A stretch of 64,000 bases of DNA, from NCBI GenBank assembly GCA_943356415.1, contig CALREW010000001.1, forward strand, positions 149,252 through 213,251. The letters run 5' to 3'. A program made the position numbers and the translations under genes. The notes beneath the pieces are model-generated. The model did not search any database. It worked only from the letters and a program-made list of their open reading frames with translations, and had not been told where the DNA came from. Origin of the DNA: Candidatus Nomurabacteria bacterium (lineage in GTDB: Bacteria > Patescibacteriota > Minisyncoccia > Phycocordibacterales > SBAW01). Below, piece by piece: positions 28,338-37,357 of the stretch (position 1 is its first letter; every line of letters starts with the position of its first letter).

Positions 28338-28790
28338 ATGACCCACCAAGAACTTCGCGACTCCGTTAAAGCTGCCATGCTCGCAAAAGACTCTGTTCGT
28401 TTGCTCGTTGTGCGCGGCCTTGTTACCGCTGCAACGAACGACCTTGTTGCAAAGGGACGCAAGCCAACCGAAGAACTTACTCCTGAGGAGCTGGAGGCTA
28501 TTGTGAGCCGCGCTGTAAAACAACGTAAGGACTCGATCGAACAATTTGAAAAAGGCGGTCGTGCAGACTTGGCAGAAACTGAAAAAGCCGAACTTTCAAT
28601 ACTTGAGGCGATGCTTCCCCCGCAGATGTCCGACGCTGAAATAGAAGTGGTGGTGCGCGCAAAGATGGCAGAAATGGGACCAATTGATAAACAGAAATCT
28701 GGCCAGTTTGTAGGCGCAGTTATGAAGGACCTCAAAGGCAAAGCCGAGGGCTCCGCAGTAAAAGCGGTCGTGGAGCGGGTGCTTGGATAA
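28338..28790 (+). CDS. GatB/YqeY domain protein
   Basis: Typical YqeY-like sequence. Confidence 0.75.
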   Translation: MTHQELRDSVKAAMLAKDSVRLLVVRGLVTAATNDLVAKGRKPTEELTPEELEAIVSRAVKQRKDSIEQFEKGGRADLAETEKAELSILEAMLPPQMSDAEIEVVVRAKMAEMGPIDKQKSGQFVGAVMKDLKGKAEGSAVKAVVERVLG

Positions 28791-28901
28791 ACTTGACGGA
28801 CCTCACTTTCTAACGAATAATCTTTGCAGATGGAATCTCGCCCAAAAAACAACAAACGGGCACCGAGAGAATCCACCCCGCAACCAAGAGACGAGGCATC
28901 G

Positions 28902-29546
28902 ATGGCAACGCCATTTAGTGAGAAGCCCGTCCAGGTTCGGCGGGCAATTGTCGAAGACGACGTCGTGGCACTCTCCGCGATGGGGCACCACGGCGCAATC
29001 CGCTCCAACATCGTGCAGGAGCGAAAGCGCCGCGAAGAGGATGCCGAGCACGAACGTCACCTGATGAACGCGGAACAAAAGTTGCACGAGGCCCACGAGG
29101 ACCTTGTTCCGGTCGGTGACAGCGAGTTCGAGCGCAACAACGTTCCCGAAGATGAGCGCCCTGCGATAATCGAGGATATACCGGCAATCCCCGCCGGCCT
29201 CTCCAAACGCGCACTTGCGTTCCTCACGCTCGCCGCGCGTAAGGCATCTGAGCGTTCTGGTCACCGCGTTTCGACCGACACGCTCGCTGACCTGTGGAAG
29301 TCGCAGCAGCATCACGATCGAAACATGCGCGGCTTTGGAAAGTCACTTACGGCTGCGATGAAAGATGTCGGTATCGCACCGAGTGAACGAGCGGACTACG
29401 GCGCAGCGCTCTTCGAGCTCAACCGACTCGGGATTAAACCCCCGCACGCAAGACGAGCAACCTCCAGACGAGGTACCAACCCTTCGCGGCAGGTACCACC
29501 TGGACAAGCGAAAGATGCGCCGAGAAAGCCCCGCAGGCTTCTCTAG
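28902..29546 (+). CDS. Hypothetical highly charged protein (GC-rich island); alternative starts at 28824 (TTG) or 28830
   Basis: TTGACG-N18-ATAATC promoter-like at 28791-28820; GAGG RBS before ATG 28902; opposite-strand ORFs are Arg-rich artefacts. Confidence 0.35.
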   Translation: MATPFSEKPVQVRRAIVEDDVVALSAMGHHGAIRSNIVQERKRREEDAEHERHLMNAEQKLHEAHEDLVPVGDSEFERNNVPEDERPAIIEDIPAIPAGLSKRALAFLTLAARKASERSGHRVSTDTLADLWKSQQHHDRNMRGFGKSLTAAMKDVGIAPSERADYGAALFELNRLGIKPPHARRATSRRGTNPSRQVPPGQAKDAPRKPRRLL

Positions 29547-29564
29547 GACCGGACTCCCGACAAG

Positions 29565-29598
29565 TGACGCCCCTCCCCTGGGGCGTCGCGTTGCGTTT
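29565..29598 (+). terminator. GC hairpin GACGCCCC-tcccct-GGGGCGTC followed by GCGTTGCGTTT
   Basis: Read directly. Confidence 0.45.
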
Positions 29599-29686
29599 AA
29601 GACCCTTGCAAATACAAGGATTAGTGGGATAGTAGGGGCGCTACCAGCCAACATCGGTAGCGTGTGTCTAGGGGAGCTCTTTTAGA

Positions 29687-30094
29687 ATGAAACCGAAAAA
29701 AGGCAAGCCCGAGCTTAGGCTCGCGGCGTGCGACGGCAAGTCGCTCGAACGCGGAACCATCCTGGTTCCGAAGAACCTCACGTCCTTTCTTCAACAAGGC
29801 GTGGACCCCATGGTCTTCACGACCATCAACGACTTCGACGACCAGTCGAACGGGGTGTTCTTCGCTACGTTGGGACGGAAGTTCCCGACGTTGCGCTTCA
29901 TGCTGCCGAACATCGAGTGCCCGAACCTCATCATGGCGTTCAGGTACTGCTGTCATCCCAACAACGCGCTGCGTCTCTCTCGTACGCTGCGTGAGCTGGG
30001 CTACCCGGTGATGCTCGTCCACATGACGCCGAGCAGTGTTCCGGAACAGACAGCGCGCATGTTCGCGCCCAATCGGATGAGGATCCGAGCCTGA
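29687..30094 (+). CDS. Hypothetical protein (GC-rich island)
   Basis: GGGGAG RBS, ATG; about 62% GC; terminator hairpin CGCGGCGGCC-tcct-GGCCGCCGCG after stop. Confidence 0.4.
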   Translation: MKPKKGKPELRLAACDGKSLERGTILVPKNLTSFLQQGVDPMVFTTINDFDDQSNGVFFATLGRKFPTLRFMLPNIECPNLIMAFRYCCHPNNALRLSRTLRELGYPVMLVHMTPSSVPEQTARMFAPNRMRIRA

Positions 30095-30149
30095 TCTCCT
30101 ACCCCCCAATCGATCGACGCGGCGGCCTCCTGGCCGCCGCGATTCGTTA

Positions 30150-30794
30150 TTATTTTAAATTTTCTAGCGTAACCGCATCCTCAATTTTAAAATCTCCAAT
30201 TCGTGTGCGGCGTAAACTTGCGAGCGTTGCAGGTACCTCAAGTCTTCGTCCGAGTTCTTCTGCAAGCGAGCGTATGTACGTGCCGCTTCCTACGTCAAAA
30301 CGAGCACGTATATCACAACCTCCCTTTTCACACGCTAACCCCAAAAACTCTGCCTTTCGTATTTCCATGTCTCTCATAGGTAGAGTCACCTCTTCACCTC
30401 GACGGGCCTTTTTATACAACGGTTCCCCTTCTCTCTTTATTGCTGAGTACGCAGACACAGGAAGCCGCAACATTCCTTGCAAACCTTCTATTGTCTCCTT
30501 TGCTCTCTGAGGCGCTACCGGCAAAATTGTTCTTTCTTCTAGTACCGCTCCTTCAATATCACTCGTGTCAGTGCGTATGCCGAGACGAATCGTCGCCTCA
30601 TATGTTTTCGGCAATTTTAAATATTCAGTAAGTTTCTTAGTCCCGGCACCAACTCCCAAGACAAGTAGCCCTGTAGCCATAGGGTCGAGCGTTCCCGCGT
30701 GACCGACTTTTTGCCTAACAATACGGCGCACTTGAGCCACAACACCAAACGAAGTGATGCCTGCAGGTTTATCAATAAGGAGTATCTGCTCCAT
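30150..30794 (-). CDS. truB: tRNA pseudouridine(55) synthase
   Basis: KPAGITSF and GHAGTLDPMATGLL motifs. Confidence 0.9.
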   Translation of the reverse strand: MEQILLIDKPAGITSFGVVAQVRRIVRQKVGHAGTLDPMATGLLVLGVGAGTKKLTEYLKLPKTYEATIRLGIRTDTSDIEGAVLEERTILPVAPQRAKETIEGLQGMLRLPVSAYSAIKREGEPLYKKARRGEEVTLPMRDMEIRKAEFLGLACEKGGCDIRARFDVGSGTYIRSLAEELGRRLEVPATLASLRRTRIGDFKIEDAVTLENLK

Positions 30795-30803
30795 ACGGAT
30801 ACG

Positions 30804-32207
30804 CTATGCGCGCAATTGACTCTTCAGCGCCTCGACGTCAGCGTCCATAGTAATAAAACTACCTTGCTTCATCTCCTCCTCTAACCCCACAAAACGTGCA
30901 GGGCGCTCCGGTACAAATCCAAGTGCTTCGCGAATCGTCTCTTCAAATTTGACCGGCAACGCAGTGGCTAAACAAATAACCGGCACTTCTTGTATGTCGC
31001 GCTTCTTTGCAACACAAACACCATCAGCAGTGTGCGGGTCGATAACAATGCCAGTGTCTTTGTAGATATCTTGAATGGTACGAATGCGTTCCTCATGTGT
31101 CGATGAACCGCTTTCAAACCCAAGCGCTAAAAATGCTTCAACGGAGAGGCCGTGATCTAAAAACGAAACAAGTCCCGTCGTATTGAATTCATGCATATAG
31201 GCTGAGAGCTTCGTGGCGTCGCGGCCAAAGAGGTCGAACGCGAGGCGCTCGTAGTTGGAGGCCTTTGAAATATCCATTGAGGGGCTCGAGGTAATGACTG
31301 CCTCCTTCTGGGCATAAACGCCCGTCTGCATTAGACGAGACAGTACGTTGTTCTCATTAGTAGCCACCACAAGGCGTCTGATGGGTAGTCCCATGCGCTT
31401 TGCGACATAGCCAGAAAACACGTTCCCAAAATTCCCGCTTGGCACCACAAAATCAACTTCCTCACCTACCTCTTTTACCGCCTGCAAATATCCGGAGAAG
31501 TAATACGGTACCTGTGAGCTAATGCGTCCCCAGTTTATTGAATTAACGGCACCAAGTGCGGCAAACTCTGAATCTTGTTTAACCGCTTTTACCAAATCCT
31601 GACAATCGTCAAAACGCCCTCGGATGCTGATGTTGCGGATGTTTCCACCTGAGAGCGCGCCCATCTGCGCGCGTTGAAATGCACTCATCCCAACTTCGGG
31701 ACTAAGCATAAAAAGTTCTACACTACCGAGCCCTTTGAACGCTGCCTCCGCAGCAGAGCCAGTGTCGCCTGAAGTAGCACCCAAAATCGTGAGGCTGTCT
31801 TTCCGACGAGCGAGTTCGTAATCCATTTCTCGACCAAGCAGCTGCATAGCCATATCTTTAAACGACGCCGTTGGTCCGAGTGAGAGATTCTGCAACTTGA
31901 GATTTCTTCCAACGTCAGTGACCGGTGTCACTTGTCCTTTTTCATTCGCAAAGGCCGGTTCAATATAGGTTGAGTCAACGAGCGAACGTAGTTCGACTGA
32001 GGGTATAGCGTCGCCAACAAGTTTTTGCTTTATAACAAATGCAACAGTTTCATACGAAGCACCTTTAAGCGCTCGAAGTTCATCGAGTGTTACCTTTGGA
32101 TACTCCTCCGGTGTATACAGCCCGCCGTCTGGAGCAAGACCAGAGAGGAGAACGTCCGTATATGAATGCTGCGCAGCAGAAGCGTCCCGAGTACTTACCA
32201 ATCTCAT
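30804..32207 (-). CDS. thrC: Threonine synthase (ThrC family PLP enzyme)
   Basis: PLP-lysine motif GPTASFKD; full-length ThrC-like. Confidence 0.75.
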   Translation of the reverse strand: MRLVSTRDASAAQHSYTDVLLSGLAPDGGLYTPEEYPKVTLDELRALKGASYETVAFVIKQKLVGDAIPSVELRSLVDSTYIEPAFANEKGQVTPVTDVGRNLKLQNLSLGPTASFKDMAMQLLGREMDYELARRKDSLTILGATSGDTGSAAEAAFKGLGSVELFMLSPEVGMSAFQRAQMGALSGGNIRNISIRGRFDDCQDLVKAVKQDSEFAALGAVNSINWGRISSQVPYYFSGYLQAVKEVGEEVDFVVPSGNFGNVFSGYVAKRMGLPIRRLVVATNENNVLSRLMQTGVYAQKEAVITSSPSMDISKASNYERLAFDLFGRDATKLSAYMHEFNTTGLVSFLDHGLSVEAFLALGFESGSSTHEERIRTIQDIYKDTGIVIDPHTADGVCVAKKRDIQEVPVICLATALPVKFEETIREALGFVPERPARFVGLEEEMKQGSFITMDADVEALKSQLRA

Positions 32208-32869
32208 CGATGGAGTTTTGACTTAATGAGATCAAGTGTCTCTTGTGCAGAGGTGTCACGTACCAATTGTGCAGGAATACTCATGTGAGCGAGTTTCCGA
32301 TAGGTCGCAAGGCGATCAGTAAGAAGCTTCGGGTAGCAGCGGCGGATGGACTCTTCATCGCTCTCTCCCACTTCGCGCGTGAGATACCCAGACCACGCGA
32401 CCGGTTTTGGCTTGCGGAAAAAGCGATCCATCACTTCGTGCAACGACTCTTCCCCTACATCAAGGTGGACAACGAGGCAGTTGTCTTTAAGGAGTACTAA
32501 CGTCGAGGGTTCGAGGTGCGCGACACTCCCAGTAGTATCGAAGACCAAGTTCTTGCCATGCATTTCCATCGATGCTTTTCGCGTGGCAGCATTTTCAAGC
32601 TCAAGATACTTCGCTTCCCGCTCCTCATACCCTTCACTTGTCGGATACCCAAGCCATGTGGAGATGGCATCCATATCGGCAAATCCAAGCGCTTTTTGTA
32701 TTTGCTCGTCTACTTGAAACCAAAAGAACTTCAGTTCATTCTGAAGCGCCTTAGAACGGTAGCTTTTACCGGCATTCGACATGCCGACAAACGCCAAGCG
32801 AAACGTGCCATTGGCGATATGCGCCTCAAACTCCTCTGCCGTGAGCTGCTCACTGTCCATGTAATGCAA
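32204..32869 (-). CDS. P-loop kinase (shikimate-kinase/NMP-kinase-like fold), translationally coupled to thrC-like
   Basis: Walker A GMSNAGKS, DTTG Walker-B-like; 4-nt ATGA overlap with thrC start. Confidence 0.5.
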   Translation of the reverse strand: MHYMDSEQLTAEEFEAHIANGTFRLAFVGMSNAGKSYRSKALQNELKFFWFQVDEQIQKALGFADMDAISTWLGYPTSEGYEEREAKYLELENAATRKASMEMHGKNLVFDTTGSVAHLEPSTLVLLKDNCLVVHLDVGEESLHEVMDRFFRKPKPVAWSGYLTREVGESDEESIRRCYPKLLTDRLATYRKLAHMSIPAQLVRDTSAQETLDLIKSKLHR

Positions 32870-32935
32870 TACTACATGAATTTTTCATGGAGTGGCAGCG
32901 CTTAAACGCCCAAAAGATGATGTACACTTCTGCGT

Positions 32936-33301
32936 ATGAGTCGACTCGAAAAGTACGTCAAAAGCTGGCATTTGGAGTCAGAGGAGCGGTTTTTGAAAAC
33001 TCCCGTTGGCATTTTTCTCCTCGGTGCCTTTTTGGGCGAACTTTCACCAGACCCCACAGACGCAATCCATTTTTGGCTTCAAGAAAACGTCTTTCTGCAC
33101 CCTACCCTCCCAGCACCGGTGCTGATATTCCTACAGATTTTTGATTGGTACCTTATGAGCGCCTTCTACTTTCTCTTACTCTTGATACTGGCTTATTTCC
33201 TCCATATTAAGAAAGTGAATACCGTAAAGCGCATTACGGTTATCGGAGGATTGCTCGGCGTTGGTGTCGTAATTGGGGTTCTTGTTCGATTTTTTGTGTA
33301 G
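32936..33301 (+). CDS. Hypothetical small membrane protein
   Basis: Three predicted TM helices. Confidence 0.35.
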   Translation: MSRLEKYVKSWHLESEERFLKTPVGIFLLGAFLGELSPDPTDAIHFWLQENVFLHPTLPAPVLIFLQIFDWYLMSAFYFLLLLILAYFLHIKKVNTVKRITVIGGLLGVGVVIGVLVRFFV

Positions 33302-33326
33302 AAAATAAAACACGGTTTTAGAATAT

Positions 33327-33351
33327 ATTGATTACTTGACAAGTAATCAAT
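33327..33351. promoter_or_regulatory. 25-bp perfect palindrome ATTGATTACTTG-A-CAAGTAATCAAT centred on the -35 hexamer (operator-like)
   Basis: 12-bp arms, read directly. Confidence 0.6.
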
Positions 33352-33364
33352 ATATATGTATAAT
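33336..33364 (+). promoter_or_regulatory. Consensus sigma70 promoter TTGACA-N17-TATAAT
   Basis: Exact consensus hexamers, 17-nt spacer; RBS AAGGGGGA before ATG 33400. Confidence 0.7.
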
Positions 33365-33399
33365 GGTTTTATTGCATCAAACGTCCAAGGGGGACATCA

Positions 33400-33759
33400 A
33401 TGCACACGTTCACTCAGCTCTTTTCGTGGCTCTCGACTCTTCCCGGCATGATCGCCGCGATGATCGTCGGGTTCGCAATTCAAATGGCCCCGTTCAGCGC
33501 AGGCCTCGTCGTCTACAAGTGGTCGGTGTTCGGATTCCTGATCCTGCCGCTCATCACCGGCCTGATCTATCCGGCCAGCATCGCCCTCGGCGTTGCGGTC
33601 AGATGGAACCGGCTCGGCGCGAGCGGCCGCTCGCTCCAATGGGAGAAGATCTCTCCGTGGATTAGCGGTTATGGCGCGCCGATGTCAGTGACCCTGACGG
33701 CGCTCTGCATCCTGTGCACGATCTTCATCGGCGCCGGCGCTAACGTCAAGATGATGTAG
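33400..33759 (+). CDS. Hypothetical small membrane protein (GC-rich island, about 62% GC)
   Basis: 3-4 TM helices; driven by consensus promoter; followed by terminator. Confidence 0.45.
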   Translation: MHTFTQLFSWLSTLPGMIAAMIVGFAIQMAPFSAGLVVYKWSVFGFLILPLITGLIYPASIALGVAVRWNRLGASGRSLQWEKISPWISGYGAPMSVTLTALCILCTIFIGAGANVKMM

Positions 33760-33765
33760 GCCTCG

Positions 33766-33812
33766 GGCCTCGACGAAAGAGCTTCGGCTCCCCGTCGAGG
33801 CCCTTTTGTTTT
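33766..33812 (+). terminator. Intrinsic terminator GGCCTCGACG...CGTCGAGGCC plus CTTTTGTTTT
   Basis: 10-bp stem, read directly. Confidence 0.65.
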
Positions 33813-33994
33813 GGAAGTTGAATTTATATGGTCGCAAGTATTTTTCTCATAACGTGACCCGCAGGGGTCTGGGAAACCCACGGTTTTCCCAACCTTCCTC
33901 CACGGAAAACCAAACAGGTTTTCCGACCCTTTCCTACCCCGTGGGTTCATGCAGCCGAAAAAGGCGCCGAGAGGCGCTCAATTTCGTTACTGCA

Positions 33995-34066
33995 TGACCC
34001 CACGGGGAGTCGAACCCCGATTAACGGCTTGAGAAGCCGGCGTCCTAACCATTAGACGATGGGGCC
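33995..34066 (-). tRNA. tRNA-Glu (anticodon CUC), CCA not encoded
   Basis: Manual fold: acceptor GGCCCCA/UGGGGUC, D-stem GUCU/GGAC, anticodon loop UUCUCAA, T-arm CGGGG-UUCGACU-CCCCG. Confidence 0.65.
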
Positions 34067-34134
34067 GTCTAAATGAACACGCGAAACTATACCAGTTTTT
34101 TTACTACCTGACAAAACAGCGTATACTTTCCCCA

Positions 34135-35355
34135 ATGTCGCTTAAAAAAACCGACCTAGCGGTGACCATTCTTTTCATTGGAATTGTAGGATTGTTGATC
34201 CTTAGTCCGTACATACACCTGCCAAGATTTCTCATATCCAAAGAAGCGCACTACGTACAAACGCTTGAAGAACATTGCGGAAATCGACCGACGCAGTACA
34301 ACTGCTTAGAGCCGTTTGTAACCGAAACCATACGTACAGAAGGCCTTGATGCGGGACTTGAAATGATAAAGGCGTGGTATCTGCACACGCCTGAATTTCG
34401 ACAATTTTGTGACGCATTTACACGATACGTAGGAGTCGCCGCAGAAAAGAAAATTAAAGACTACGAAGCGCTTACCTACACAGAAAAAAGTGTTTGGTGT
34501 AACTACGGTTTTTATCACGGGTATATGCAGGCCTATATGGCTGAAGTTCAGGATGTAGAAAAAGGAACGGCATTCTGCACTCATATAGGCGAAAAATTGC
34601 ACGATTCTGCCCCAGGTGCTCAGTCAGAGTGTTTTCGCGCCCTTGGATACGCCATTGTGTTGCTTACCGGAGCAAAAGAGAAAGATATATCGAAGATTGC
34701 AGAGACGTCAGTAAAGCAGTGCAGAACACACGCAAAAGAACCTTTGGATGTGCGCCTTTGCGAAGAAGGAGTCTTTAGTGAATTGGGACAAGTCATTGCA
34801 ACTGGCGAATACGGTGCAATATCAAAGGACAATCCGCTTTGGCTATGTGATCAACAACAAAACGACATGCAAACAATTTGTTATGCAACGATGAAGTGGC
34901 TACCACTCATTTCGTTTGACATCAGAGGAGAAGATATTATTCCTGGCTTTAAGAAAATCGAGGAGCGCTATAGCGAACAAGAAATACAAGAATTGAGCAA
35001 AACTATAGAACAGCTGGTTTTTACACTCGCTTACAATCAAGCACGCCGTGGAACTTCTCTTCCTGCTGCAGAAAATTATAAAAAAGGTACAGACGCGTGC
35101 GCGGCACTACCTTCTATGTTCCTAAACCAATGCATAAGTGGCTTTGGCTTCGGACTCGCAAAGGGAGGTAAGCCTGGCGAGCAATATCATGAAGTGCTCG
35201 CCTTCTGCGAAGAGACCTCAAAGATTCCTGGATATCCGGTCAAAGAATGCGCACCATCGTCACTTGAATACCTCGGTCGATACTATTCACACGAGCTTTT
35301 TAAAAAAGTATGTACTGAATTTGAGACGTCTGTTGGAACTTCATGTGCTAATTAA
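34135..35355 (+). CDS. Hypothetical membrane-anchored Cys-rich protein (406 aa)
   Basis: N-terminal TM, about 20 Cys spread through extracytoplasmic domain; slightly AT-rich. Confidence 0.5.
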   Translation: MSLKKTDLAVTILFIGIVGLLILSPYIHLPRFLISKEAHYVQTLEEHCGNRPTQYNCLEPFVTETIRTEGLDAGLEMIKAWYLHTPEFRQFCDAFTRYVGVAAEKKIKDYEALTYTEKSVWCNYGFYHGYMQAYMAEVQDVEKGTAFCTHIGEKLHDSAPGAQSECFRALGYAIVLLTGAKEKDISKIAETSVKQCRTHAKEPLDVRLCEEGVFSELGQVIATGEYGAISKDNPLWLCDQQQNDMQTICYATMKWLPLISFDIRGEDIIPGFKKIEERYSEQEIQELSKTIEQLVFTLAYNQARRGTSLPAAENYKKGTDACAALPSMFLNQCISGFGFGLAKGGKPGEQYHEVLAFCEETSKIPGYPVKECAPSSLEYLGRYYSHELFKKVCTEFETSVGTSCAN

Positions 35356-35468
35356 TTACAAACGACATTTACCTTTCATTGAAAAACAAACCAGTCGACT
35401 CTCTTTTTAAATAGGTGTACCCTCTCCCATGGAGCCGGTTCGGCTCGAACAACGCAGGAGACACCTTC

Positions 35469-35939
35469 ATGCGGCTGCGCATCGCATATATGGGTACCAT
35501 CGGCGAAGTGCCGAGGGGTGAACCCGACCCGTTCCAGCTTCTCGCTCGGGGCGGCAAGCACTTCGGCCTTATCGCCCCCGACGACGAGCTCCTCGAAGGC
35601 AAGCCTCCGGAGGCGCGCCTCTTCATCTGGAAGTCGGCCTCGATCCTGAGCCGCGTCATGGAAGCGAAGTACGACCTCAACAAGATCGCTGAGGCACTTG
35701 CGGCAGAAGGACACGCAAGCGCCGTGGTCCTGAAGCGGCTTGCTGCCGAAACGACCGCGGCCGCACCTGCTGGCAACATCCACCTCGTGTGGGCTTTGCC
35801 GCCCGGCATGCCGGAGCGCACTGCAGAGGGCCAGAGCGGCCTCATGGACACGATCTACTGCCCCATGTTCAGCGGTCGCTTCACCTTCAGCGACACCCTG
35901 GAGACCACGATCGAACTTCTCGGGGCTCCACGCGCCTGA
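35469..35939 (+). CDS. Hypothetical protein (GC-rich island); start placed at MRLRIAY with AGGAGA RBS
   Basis: About 64% GC; terminator follows. Confidence 0.4.
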   Translation: MRLRIAYMGTIGEVPRGEPDPFQLLARGGKHFGLIAPDDELLEGKPPEARLFIWKSASILSRVMEAKYDLNKIAEALAAEGHASAVVLKRLAAETTAAAPAGNIHLVWALPPGMPERTAEGQSGLMDTIYCPMFSGRFTFSDTLETTIELLGAPRA

Positions 35940-35955
35940 TTGCGGCGACATACGG

Positions 35956-35991
35956 CGAACGTCCGGGCTTAGGCCCGGACGTTTTGCGTTT
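35956..35991 (+). terminator. Hairpin AACGTCCGGGC-ttag-GCCCGGACGTT plus TTGCGTTT
   Basis: Read directly; shares CGTTTTGCGTTT tail with other GC-island terminators. Confidence 0.6.
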
Positions 35992-35997
35992 CATACT

Positions 35998-37302
35998 CTA
36001 TCTCCTTCTCCACTCTGGCTCCTGGCGTACTAAAAGCTCTTTTGCACGCGCTGGCTCTGCCATCACTTCCTCAACCGCGCGTTCCATGCGTATCGACTGC
36101 GAACCCTTTATCAGAACAACATCACCAGGCTCGAGCATCCGTTCAAGTTCTTTGCCCGCTTGATGCGAATCTTCAAACTGCAAAATGTTGTCATCCTTCA
36201 TTCCATTGTCGAGCGCTCCCTCAGCCATATCGCGTGCACGAAAACCAACAGTGAGCAGTATGTCTGCAGCATCTGCAATATCCTTTCCTATCTCTTTGTG
36301 TTGTGCGGTTGAATAACGTCCAAGCTCAAGCATGTCGCCTAAGACGGCAATGCGACGCCCTTTACCTCCTGCCAGCTTAAGCGCTTGGAGTGCTGCAACC
36401 GTGGCTGCCGGCGAGGCGTTGTACGTATCGTCGATAATGAGCGTGTCTTTGATGCCTGGGAGCAGCCGCATACGACCCGGAGGAGCGCTGTGTCCTGCAA
36501 GTGCTTCAATCATCGAAGGGAGTGAAAACCCGAGCACTTTGCCTACTGCAATGGCAGTAAGTACCGGCATAAATCCGTGAGCGCCGATGGTACCCATAAT
36601 GCGAACCTCTGCTGACTCTCCGGTATCTTCGTAATGGACCCGCGCTGCAAGTCCAATAGGTAGACTCTTTGGGCCTTTCTCGGAGAGTAGCTGCAGATTG
36701 TCTCCCATCACATCGGAGCCAAGGGTAAAACCAACCGTCATCGATTGCCCAGGAACGTCGTCGCGCAGTTTCAACACTTTGGGATCATCAGCATTTGCAA
36801 CAAAAATTCCGTCCGACTTAAGAGCAGCGAGAAGCGAGGCTTTTTCTCGCACAACATCTTCCGGAGAATCAAAAAACTCAACGTGAGCTGGCATGTCCGG
36901 CAAACGAGTGATAACCACAACATCTGCACGCAGCCACTTTGAAACCGACGAAATATCCCCTGGCCTGTCTGCACCAACTTCAAGGACGAGCCACTCTGGA
37001 TACTTACTTCTCCAAAGAATCAATACGAGGCCATCAATAAGATTTTCAATCCATCGAAGCGGATTACTCCACGCATTCGGACGACCTAAAATGGTAAGAG
37101 GAATACCTACTTCGCTATTGAAACTCTTGTCGCTTTTACGCACGTATGCGTGGGGAGCTAAAACAGAATAAATGGCGTCTTTGGTGGAGGTTTTGCCAAC
37201 GCTTCCCGTCACCGCGACAATACGCGGCTTATAGATGCGCAAAACGGCCTTAGCCTCGAGCGTGAGCAGTGCAACAATAATCCGCTTAAATAGACCGCGC
37301 AT
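35998..37302 (-). CDS. murF: Mur ligase family protein (MurF-like UDP-MurNAc-tripeptide--D-Ala-D-Ala ligase)
   Basis: GSVGKTSTKD ATP-binding motif; downstream of ftsI in dcw order. Confidence 0.65.
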   Translation of the reverse strand: MRGLFKRIIVALLTLEAKAVLRIYKPRIVAVTGSVGKTSTKDAIYSVLAPHAYVRKSDKSFNSEVGIPLTILGRPNAWSNPLRWIENLIDGLVLILWRSKYPEWLVLEVGADRPGDISSVSKWLRADVVVITRLPDMPAHVEFFDSPEDVVREKASLLAALKSDGIFVANADDPKVLKLRDDVPGQSMTVGFTLGSDVMGDNLQLLSEKGPKSLPIGLAARVHYEDTGESAEVRIMGTIGAHGFMPVLTAIAVGKVLGFSLPSMIEALAGHSAPPGRMRLLPGIKDTLIIDDTYNASPAATVAALQALKLAGGKGRRIAVLGDMLELGRYSTAQHKEIGKDIADAADILLTVGFRARDMAEGALDNGMKDDNILQFEDSHQAGKELERMLEPGDVVLIKGSQSIRMERAVEEVMAEPARAKELLVRQEPEWRRR

Positions 37303-37357
37303 GGCTGTAGTGGCTATAGTTTAGCTCCTTTAGTATCCACAAGAAAGTCTCTCACTT

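Noticed and set aside
28325-29011. 228-aa minus-strand ORF antisense to the GatB/YqeY gene and the GC-rich ORF
   Set aside because: Ser/Ala/Arg-rich low-complexity translation; the sense-strand genes have recognisable sequence.
29621-30109. 162-aa minus-strand ORF antisense to 29687..30094
   Set aside because: Arg-rich artefact frame in GC-rich DNA; the plus-strand ORF has RBS plus ATG and a downstream terminator.
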